Shown: positions 8,845 through 15,911 of the stretch, in pieces
Position numbering within the stretch: position 1 is the stretch's first letter
How the letters are laid out: every line of letters starts with the position of its first letter
DNA from: a virus
Taxonomy: Duplodnaviria > Heunggongvirae > Uroviricota > Caudoviricetes
DNA length: 29,726 nucleotides
Strand: one strand, 5' to 3'
IMG/VR virus record: IMGVR_UViG_3300020059_000001
Span: 78,679 to 108,404 of that record
Program-made: the position numbers and the translations under genes
The notes under the pieces: generated by a model
What the model was told of the DNA's origin: nothing
What the model saw: the letters and a program-made list of their open reading frames with translations, nothing else
Databases searched by the model: none

Positions 8845-10378
8845 TCTGTGTTTTCACTTCCTCATTGGCTCCGTCGCGGTAGTACGCGTCGCGGTGGCGC
8901 AGCACCCGTTCTCGTTGTTGGAGTCGGGTGATCTGCTCATAAAATTCGTCGTCGGTCGAGCCGCGGTCACTGCTGGACTCGGTCTCGGAATCACCGCCGG
9001 CCGCGCCATCGGCATCGGACTGCCCGGTGAGGTCTGTTCTGAAGCTGGCTTCGGCTTCTTCTTCGAAGTTGTCGAGGCCAAGAATGGGTATTCCGCGGTT
9101 TTGTAGCTCGTCGGCAAGGTCGCGGACGAACTCGCGGCAGAGTGCGTTGCGTTCTTCGGGGTCGAGTTGGGCCATCAATGCCCGGACCCCGACGGTGGTG
9201 TCGTCGTAGGCGGGGAAAACGACCGGGCCGCATTCGCGGGTGTCGGTGTGCAGGATTTCCCGGAAGTCAGCGTCGCCTACGCCGTCGGATCGTTCTCGGG
9301 CGTTAGTCCATTTGTCGCCGCCTTGGGGGACAGCGAAACGGAAACTCATGCCACTGATTGATTTGCCTTCAATGGCCTGCCGGACTGGTTCCACGACCGG
9401 GTTGTCGAAGAGTCGGGCCCGGACGTAGAGACCCCTGTTGTCTTCGTGGATATCTTCGATTGATCCGATTGGCACGCTACCGACGCGTGGATCCCGGCCG
9501 TGATCGTATTGGAGTACCGGTGTCCGTTCGGTGAGTGACCGGCTGAAGGCACCGGGGCGGATGACTTCATCGAAGTCGCCGTTCCAGTCAGAGATTCGGC
9601 TTACCGAGTCGAATACTGCGGCATAGCCTTCGAGGGTCCGACCGTCACCGGCCACTTCGGATTCGAAGTTGAAGGACCGCACCTGGAAGGCGTTAGGGTT
9701 TCGGGACTTCGAATCGGAGCCGACTTTGATGCCGAATTTTTTGGCCGCAGCCATGACCTTGGCTTTCGCTTTCGGCCCGAACGGGCTTTGACTCAGTCGG
9801 GCAAGGGCGTTCTGGGTATGCGCTTTGTCGTGGATCAGGAAGTGCCGTTTCGACCGGGGCGTTGTCTTACCTGAGGCGTCTTTTGTGCCGCCGGGTTCGA
9901 TGAAGGCGAAGGCCGAATCCGGAAGGTCGTTGATGGGTCCAGTCGACATGGCTTTACGGGCAGTCAGGGTTGCTGATCGTGCTTCGCTGTTGCCGGTGTC
10001 CGAGTTGGACTGGCTGCCGCCCTGGCCGTAGGCGTTGCCGCCGCCCTGGCCGTGTCCCGACGTACCTGTTGTTGCCCCTGCGGTAATGCTGGTACCGATC
10101 GAGGTCCCGATCCGGCGGCCGAGGTTGGTGATAGAGGTCATGTCATGGCCGCGGGTTGCGAGGACGTTGGCCGCAAGGGCGGCGACTTCCGGATGTATTC
10201 CTTTGGCTTGTACTGCCTTGGCGGCGCCGAGTGACCCGACGATGTGCCCGGCTACGTCGTGGAGGAACTGGACGTCGTGATCGTTGTGTGCCGAAGCGTG
10301 GATGTCGGTAGGTGAGTCGGCCCGGGTTCCGTTATCGCTGGTGTTTGAGTCTGCAACGGCCCAGTCAGGAATGGCCAT
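8837..10378 (-). CDS. HK97-family prohead protease with long N-terminal extension
   Basis: LEGYAAVFD, PGAF, YDHG (His), PIG, GLYV, SGMSF (Ser), VVFPAY. Confidence 0.9.
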   Translation of the reverse strand: MAIPDWAVADSNTSDNGTRADSPTDIHASAHNDHDVQFLHDVAGHIVGSLGAAKAVQAKGIHPEVAALAANVLATRGHDMTSITNLGRRIGTSIGTSITAGATTGTSGHGQGGGNAYGQGGSQSNSDTGNSEARSATLTARKAMSTGPINDLPDSAFAFIEPGGTKDASGKTTPRSKRHFLIHDKAHTQNALARLSQSPFGPKAKAKVMAAAKKFGIKVGSDSKSRNPNAFQVRSFNFESEVAGDGRTLEGYAAVFDSVSRISDWNGDFDEVIRPGAFSRSLTERTPVLQYDHGRDPRVGSVPIGSIEDIHEDNRGLYVRARLFDNPVVEPVRQAIEGKSISGMSFRFAVPQGGDKWTNARERSDGVGDADFREILHTDTRECGPVVFPAYDDTTVGVRALMAQLDPEERNALCREFVRDLADELQNRGIPILGLDNFEEEAEASFRTDLTGQSDADGAAGGDSETESSSDRGSTDDEFYEQITRLQQRERVLRHRDAYYRDGANEEVKTQNA

Positions 10379-10461
10379 TGATAGTCCTTTCTGGGCAGCG
10401 TATTTACGGTGGGGCTATGGTTGGGTAATTTCGCTGTAGAAACCGGTGGGTGTCCCCGGTT

Positions 10462-13092
10462 TTACTTCTTCAGCGGTGGCCTCGGCTTAGGCGTTGCCTT
10501 ATTTGATGTGCTGCCACCAGCCGGATACGGCTTAGCCGTAGGACTGTCGTTAGCCGCACCAGGCGTCGGATTGTCCGACGACGGTGCCGGTGCATGCCCG
10601 GTCCCAGGTGCATTACCTCCGGGCAATGCGGGTTTGCCGCCACCGCCACCAACGGGTAGCACCGGCTGGCCACCGATTTCGTAAAGCTGAACGCTGACAA
10701 GCCCGGAGTGCTCCAACAAGCTGACGTCTTGGCCGATGACCGCGGCAACCGACGACTTCGGTGTGAATCCGTCTTTGACGTAGCCGGTGATGGTACTCAT
10801 TTTGATTTGTTCGATTTCGGCTGCGTCACGGGCGTCTTCACGCAGGATCGGCATGTCGGCGACGTCGAACCACAGTTCCGCATCGCGTGGCACGTTGATG
10901 ACGGGGGCTAGCGCCGCGCATAGGTCTTGCAGTGTCGGATAGACCCAGGAATCAGCGAAGATACGGCGGGCCATGCCGAAGTTACCGGCATTCAGTGAGC
11001 TACCGGCGAGACCTTCAGAAATACCCAACAATGGGGCCGGAACTCGTGACAAGAAGGCAATTCTGGTTTCCCCAGCTCCCTGGGTATTTTTGAAGTCGAG
11101 CTGCTTCAGGTCGCTACCGACGACTTTCGCGTCGGCGCCAGCAGTAAGATACAGGCTGCGATACGCATTCTTTACGCCAGCGTGTCGGTTCTCCATGGCA
11201 TCAACCATGGCGTCGAACTGTTCCCGCGATGCGGCGGTCAGTCCGTTGACGACCATGTTCGGGGTATTGTGGGTCAGAATAAAATCGTCGGTGACGTACA
11301 GGTGGTTGTCGGAGTCGACACCGATGCACTGTGCCGGCTTCCGGCCGACGTGTTCGACGCCCTGGATGTAGCGCCACCGGCCACCATGGAAGGTGGGTGA
11401 ATACATCGCTGCCTTGCGGGCTAGCCGGCAGGGGGTAATCCATTCCGGTAGTCGACTGATCAGTACCCGCCACTGGGCACGTGCCCGGTCTGTAGCTAGC
11501 CGGCTTGGCCGGGCCGACGCGATACCACCGAGGCCACCGACTAGTTCGGCAACCTGCTCGGCCAACATTTGACTGGTGCTGTCAAACCGGACCGTATTCG
11601 GCTGCCGCCGATCTACGGATCCGTCAGTGTCGATCAACCCCTGGAGCAGGGCAACTCGCTGTGTCACCGATGCACGTAGATACGGCTCCGGAATCGACTT
11701 TTCGTAGCCCAACTTGTCGAACAGGCCCAGTTCGCGGATCTGTTGGGTCAGCGGATTTGGGCGCGAGGCGCCAGGGCCCCGGAAGTAGAACTCGGCCCAC
11801 CCGCCACGGTTACGGCGGACGATCGTTACTCCGGCCGGCAGGAGCGTGGCGAGAACCTGCTGCTGTTCGTCAGCGTCACCAGTATGCGCGGCCATTGAAA
11901 CCCCGCCGCTACCCTTGCCGTTGTTGCGGAAACTACCGTCGCCGAGCAGCGATCCGAGCAGGTAGGGATCCAGTGGCAAATCGCCGGGGTCATCGAACTC
12001 GACCGGATCGACCAGCGGCACCGACCACTTGTAAGGGCCGCTGTCGTACTGGACGCCGTTGGCCACGAGCTGGGCCAGGGTACGGGTCCGGGTAACGCCG
12101 AGTTTGCGGTCATAGGCACTAGCGACGGTCCACAGGTGGTCGGCGGTGCACTCAGTTGATGTACCGCTGGAGAATGTCACCCGGTAGATGTCCTGGACAC
12201 CCTGCGGGTACACCGCGACGACCATCTTGGGCTTACCGTCGGAACCGATAACCCGATCACCAACGACAACCTCACCCATCGTCGTCCAACCGGCCGGCGT
12301 CAGAATCCCCGCGTCCAAGGGCATCGGTGCGCCGTTTTCGAAGAAGCGAAGCTTGTGTTCGGTGGCGGCTTTGTCGCCTTGGATTTCGCGGAGTGCTGGG
12401 GTGAGCCAGGACATGCCGATGCCGGCGGCTTCCGGGTCTGGTAGTGGGCTCCAGTGGGCCATTTCGCCGGGCAGGATGGTGTGCATCGGGTGTTGTGATG
12501 TGCGGAGGCCACCGTTTTGGTAGACGTAGCCGAGTAGTTCACCGTCGAGGGCGTGGGCGGCGTCGTCGGGTTCCTGGTGGGATCCGTAGACGAGGGCAAC
12601 CCAGTCGGGGCGTAGTACGCGTAGCCGGTCTGGTTGGCGGTAGACGTAGGCGTTGCCGGCGATGCCGGCGTGCCATTCCATTCGGGCGATCAGTTCACCG
12701 GTGGTGGCGTTTGTCCACGGCTTCTCTAGTGGGGCTAGCCGGGGGGTGCCGAACATGTGGCGGGGTTTCGACGATGACGGCAAGTTTCGGAATGTGAATC
12801 GGGCTTGGCTCAAAACTAGTGCGCGGACTAGTTGGGCGGCGAAGGCTGGTGGGCAGCTCCGTAGCGCGGCTGAGTAGCCGGGGAGGGTGCCGGCTATTTC
12901 GGATGATTTTGTGCCGTCGAGGGTTTGGATTAGCCCGTACGTACCAGGTCCGGTCACATATTGCGATCCGTTGTAGCCGAACGTTGTGGGGAGTAGGTAG
13001 TTGGAAATCCAATCGTCGGCGGAGAATCGCTCCTCTGTCTCAGTGCCCCTACGGCGAGCTAACTCCTTAGTGACGGCATCCAGTAGCCCCAA
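10462..13092 (-). CDS. Portal protein (HK97-like), intein-interrupted
   Basis: GNAYVY, G(M)SWL, FFENGA|TPNMVV extein junction, IAFLSRVPAPLLG; low-complexity C-terminal tail. Confidence 0.92.
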   Translation of the reverse strand: MGLLDAVTKELARRRGTETEERFSADDWISNYLLPTTFGYNGSQYVTGPGTYGLIQTLDGTKSSEIAGTLPGYSAALRSCPPAFAAQLVRALVLSQARFTFRNLPSSSKPRHMFGTPRLAPLEKPWTNATTGELIARMEWHAGIAGNAYVYRQPDRLRVLRPDWVALVYGSHQEPDDAAHALDGELLGYVYQNGGLRTSQHPMHTILPGEMAHWSPLPDPEAAGIGMSWLTPALREIQGDKAATEHKLRFFENGAPMPLDAGILTPAGWTTMGEVVVGDRVIGSDGKPKMVVAVYPQGVQDIYRVTFSSGTSTECTADHLWTVASAYDRKLGVTRTRTLAQLVANGVQYDSGPYKWSVPLVDPVEFDDPGDLPLDPYLLGSLLGDGSFRNNGKGSGGVSMAAHTGDADEQQQVLATLLPAGVTIVRRNRGGWAEFYFRGPGASRPNPLTQQIRELGLFDKLGYEKSIPEPYLRASVTQRVALLQGLIDTDGSVDRRQPNTVRFDSTSQMLAEQVAELVGGLGGIASARPSRLATDRARAQWRVLISRLPEWITPCRLARKAAMYSPTFHGGRWRYIQGVEHVGRKPAQCIGVDSDNHLYVTDDFILTHNTPNMVVNGLTAASREQFDAMVDAMENRHAGVKNAYRSLYLTAGADAKVVGSDLKQLDFKNTQGAGETRIAFLSRVPAPLLGISEGLAGSSLNAGNFGMARRIFADSWVYPTLQDLCAALAPVINVPRDAELWFDVADMPILREDARDAAEIEQIKMSTITGYVKDGFTPKSSVAAVIGQDVSLLEHSGLVSVQLYEIGGQPVLPVGGGGGKPALPGGNAPGTGHAPAPSSDNPTPGAANDSPTAKPYPAGGSTSNKATPKPRPPLKK
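11266..12327 (-). mobile_element. Class-3 intein with LAGLIDADG endonuclease in the portal (354 aa)
   Basis: Starts PMPLDAGILTP and ends ILTHN/T; WCT motif (DHLW, AQCI, THN); motifs LGSLLGDGS and LQGLIDTDG. Confidence 0.9.
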
Positions 13093-13105
13093 CGTGTGTC
13101 ACCGC

Positions 13106-13301
13106 CCCGAGCTATCGTTTGTGGCAATCCGCCGGAAGGCGGAGGGCAGTGGCGGGGCGTGACAAGGCTCGGCGCGGCACGCGAAGGCGCGGCAGCAGCG
13201 GCGTGGCTGGGCTTGCGAGGGCGAGGCACGGCAAGGCCAGGCAGCAGTGGCGGGGCAAGGTTAGGCCTGGCACGGCAAGGCCAGGCGAGGCAAGGCCGGC
13301 T
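13106..13301 (+). repeat. GGY-NN pentamer array 2 (3 units) with leader; putative guide ncRNA
   Basis: TATCGT at 13113-13118; hairpin ccgcc-GGAA-ggcgg at 13129-13142; linkers at 13191 and 13240; ends GGCCGGCT. Confidence 0.9.
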
Positions 13302-13314
13302 AGGAGTGAGTAAG

Positions 13315-13635
13315 TCAGGCAGCGGTTCGGGTTTCCCGGGCCGCTGTTTTGTCGTAGCCGGCCCGCCAGCCGACAAGGACGGCGGCTACACACCAGGCGT
13401 TGCCAGCCCGGCAGGCGGTGACTGTCTTCGCGGCGAGGTAGCCGCCGGCGATCAGGGCGGCTGCGATTGTGGAGATCACGGCCCGGAGCACCTTGGCCGC
13501 GGTGAAGCCGACGGCGACCAGGACGGCGGCGAGGACGACGAGGGCACTGCGGCGGAAGTTGACCTGTTTGGCTTCGGTGGCGATCCGGTCGAGGGGCAGG
13601 GTGCGGTCGAAGATGTCGAAGCCGGCGTCTGTCAA
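13315..13635 (-). CDS. Small membrane protein between terminase and portal
   Basis: Hydrophobic segments; WCVAAVLVGWRAG; TTG start. Confidence 0.7.
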   Translation of the reverse strand: MTDAGFDIFDRTLPLDRIATEAKQVNFRRSALVVLAAVLVAVGFTAAKVLRAVISTIAAALIAGGYLAAKTVTACRAGNAWCVAAVLVGWRAGYDKTAARETRTAA

Positions 13636-13877
13636 GGAACCTGCCCTTTCTCGTATGGGGACACAGTGGACATAACAGGGCGTCGGGCTGAGAATTACGC
13701 TGTGAGCGTAATGAGATATGTGCGATCCACTGGCATATGTGGATCCGGCATGTTTATGTTCTTCTTTAGAGCGGCAGGCCCCAAGGTTCCTTAGTCAGCT
13801 TCAGAAAGCATCCTGGAGTGCCCATGCCAGCTGTTGCCCTGAGGATCTGGGCCTCACCGTTCTCGTTCCTCAGTAGA

Positions 13878-14194
13878 GGTTCGGCAGCAGCGGCTAGGCG
13901 AGGCTAGACGGGGCGTGGCTAGGCGGGGCGAGGCAAGGCAGGGCAGCAAAGGCGAGGCACGGCAGGGCAGGGCAGGGTATGGCAGGGCACGGCTCGGCAG
14001 CAGCGGCGGGGCAAGGCAGGGCGTGGTCTGGCGTGGCGCGGCAGCACCGGCGAGGCAAGGCAAGGCGAGGCCGGGCGCGGCGTGGCAGCAGAGGCGCGGC
14101 ACGGCAGGGCGAGGCTTGCGACGGCACGGCATGGCAGCAGAGGCAGGGCGAGGTAAGCCGAGGCGAGGCATGTCCAGGCAAGGCACGGCCGGCT
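13878..14194 (+). repeat. GGY-NN pentamer array 3 (6 units), directly upstream of the RAMP gene; putative guide ncRNA
   Basis: Linkers at 13883, 13942, 13996, 14040, 14084 and 14133, followed by 10, 9, 7, 7, 8 and 9 pentamers; ends GGCCGGCT. Confidence 0.93.
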
Positions 14195-14208
14195 CCGGAA
14201 ACGAAAGA

Positions 14209-14243
14209 TGCCCCGGAAGATCCCCCAAGACCCCTCCGGGGCA
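14209..14243 (+). other. Stem-loop between array 3 and the RAMP gene
   Basis: 9-bp arms tgccccgga / tccggggca. Confidence 0.55.
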
Positions 14244-14273
14244 CACCCCAAGTGAGAGGTTACATCAAGCAAA

Positions 14274-14888
14274 ATGGCTGAAAAGTTAGTTACTTTGGAA
14301 CGGCTTCAGCGCGTTGAGCTGGAGTTTGTGATTGTTGGTACGTCCCCGTTGATCGTCAATCGCTGGTCTGAGAAGGCGAAGGCGATGATGTTGGAAAAGC
14401 AGACGACGTCGGCGCGGGCAAAGAAAGACCCCAAGGACCCGGTCGCTAACTTCGAGGCGTCGAAGTACAAGTTCGACGACGGGCGGGACGGCTTCCCGGC
14501 TGTTTCGTTCAAGGCCTCGATCGTGCATGCCGCCCGGTTGTTCGAGGGCATTACGCAGGTACAGATCAAGCAGACCGTGGTGGTGCGCGGTGAGGGTGAA
14601 CACCAGTTGGTGCCGCTCGAATATGGTGCGGTAACGATGCGCGAGGACACGCCGCGGAACGCGTCCGGGGTGGCGGATCTGCGGTACCGGGCCCAGTATT
14701 GGCCGTGGTCTGCGACGTTGTATGTGCGGACCATCGCTGGGCAGCTCGACGAGGGGTCGCTGTTGGCTCTGGTCGACGCGGCGGGTATCGGCGGGGTTGG
14801 TGAGTGGCGTCCGACGTCGCCGAAGTCGGCGACCGGGACGTACGGCACGTTCCAGATCGATGATGCGTCTGCGGTGGAGCTGCGGTGA
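14274..14888 (+). CDS. Solo RAMP/Cas7-like protein (Vipr-like RNA-binding effector candidate)
   Basis: First strand FVIVGTSPLIV, FPAVSFKAS (cf. the RAMP PGSSLKG motif) and C-terminal Gly-rich loop GIGGVGEWRP...GTYGTF. GAGAGG RBS. Flanked by pentamer arrays. Confidence 0.8.
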   Translation: MAEKLVTLERLQRVELEFVIVGTSPLIVNRWSEKAKAMMLEKQTTSARAKKDPKDPVANFEASKYKFDDGRDGFPAVSFKASIVHAARLFEGITQVQIKQTVVVRGEGEHQLVPLEYGAVTMREDTPRNASGVADLRYRAQYWPWSATLYVRTIAGQLDEGSLLALVDAAGIGGVGEWRPTSPKSATGTYGTFQIDDASAVELR

Positions 14889-15580
14889 CGGTTGAGAAGG
14901 TCAACATCGCGGAGCTGGTCGAGGATATGGATTTCTACCCGCGACACAGTGTCGACGGCGCCCATGTGTTGGATCTGATGCGGGCTATCGCCGCCAATGA
15001 GACGCTTCCACCGCCGGTGGCTGACCGGAAGTCGATGCGGATCGTGGATGGGTGGCATCGGATCCGGGCCTACGCCAAGTTGCATGGCCCGTCGGTACTC
15101 ATCGACGTTGATCTGCGGAGCTACCGCAGCGACACGGAGATACTCAAAGACGCGATCCGGCTGAACGCGAGTCACGGCCGGAAACTCGACCAGCAGGACC
15201 GGACCCGTAGCGTGTTGCTGTTGCAGCGACGCAACGTTGACGTAAAGACGATTGCGGTGGTCTTACACACCACGCAGCAGCGGGTCGAGCAGCTGAAGTT
15301 GCGGTTCGCGTTGGTGAAGAACAACGGCAGCAGCGAGCAGCTACCGGTCAAACCGAACCTGTATCCGAAGCCGGGGGAGGAACCGCGGACATTGACGCCG
15401 GAGCAGTACGCGGTAGCGCAGGCGTCGTCTGGTCATCGGACTACACAGATCCTGACGCAGTTGGCCAACGAGTTGGAGGCCGAGTTGTGGAATGTCGACG
15501 ACGAGCTGATCCGTGAACGGGCCTGGCGGTTGGCTGACCTGATCGCGCAGCGGATCCCGCAGCCCGAGCCGGCGGCGTAG
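14885..15580 (+). CDS. ParB/Srx N-terminal-domain protein
   Basis: LPPPVAD...IVDGWHRIRAY signature, then AIRLNASHG and an HTH-like segment; GTGA overlap with the RAMP gene. Confidence 0.85.
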   Translation: MTVEKVNIAELVEDMDFYPRHSVDGAHVLDLMRAIAANETLPPPVADRKSMRIVDGWHRIRAYAKLHGPSVLIDVDLRSYRSDTEILKDAIRLNASHGRKLDQQDRTRSVLLLQRRNVDVKTIAVVLHTTQQRVEQLKLRFALVKNNGSSEQLPVKPNLYPKPGEEPRTLTPEQYAVAQASSGHRTTQILTQLANELEAELWNVDDELIRERAWRLADLIAQRIPQPEPAA

Positions 15581-15601
15581 TTCTGGTTCTGGGGAGGATC
15601 C

Positions 15602-15870
15602 GGTTCGGCAGCAGCGGTTGGGCACGGCAAGGCGAGGCTGGGCGCGGCACGGCGTGGCTCGGCAGCAGGGGCGAGGCGTGGCATGGCGCGGTAAGGCGTG
15701 GGATGGCAGCAGTGGCTGGGTCTGGCATGGCCTGGGTAGGCAAGGCAAGGCAAGGCAGCAGCGGCACGGCATGGCGGGGCAAGGCAGGGCGTGGCTCGGC
15801 GAGGTACGGCAGCAGCGGAGGGCATGGCTGGGCGAGGCATGGGCCGGCCCGGCGCGGCAAGGCGCGGCCA
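15602..15870 (+). repeat. GGY-NN pentamer array 4 (5 units), downstream of the ParB-like gene; putative guide ncRNA
   Basis: Linkers at 15607, 15661, 15705, 15754 and 15808, followed by 9, 7, 8, 9 and ~11 pentamers. Confidence 0.93.
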
Positions 15871-15875
15871 ACCGG

Positions 15876-15911
15876 GGCGGTGATGAACGGATGGTTCCGT
15901 TCATCACCGCC
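15876..15911. terminator. Perfect hairpin at the convergence of array 4 and terL; probable bidirectional terminator
   Basis: 16-bp arms ggcggtgatgaacgga / tccgttcatcaccgcc with a 4-nt loop; overlaps the terL stop codon. Confidence 0.75.

Noticed and set aside
13883-14194. Canonical CRISPR array with GGCAGCAG as repeat
   Set aside because: The repeat is only 9 nt, the intervening DNA is itself 5-periodic rather than free spacer, and there is no cas1 or cas2.
13854-14289. Many overlapping ORFs on both strands over array 3, and likewise over arrays 1, 2, 4 and 5
   Set aside because: The ARQG/LALPC low-complexity translations are by-products of the stop-poor GGY-NN repeats, and all frames are equally open.
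15602-15870. Simple microsatellite or VNTR
   Set aside because: The dinucleotides are non-repeating, linkers recur at regular intervals, and leader and terminal motifs are conserved at five loci, which slippage would not produce.
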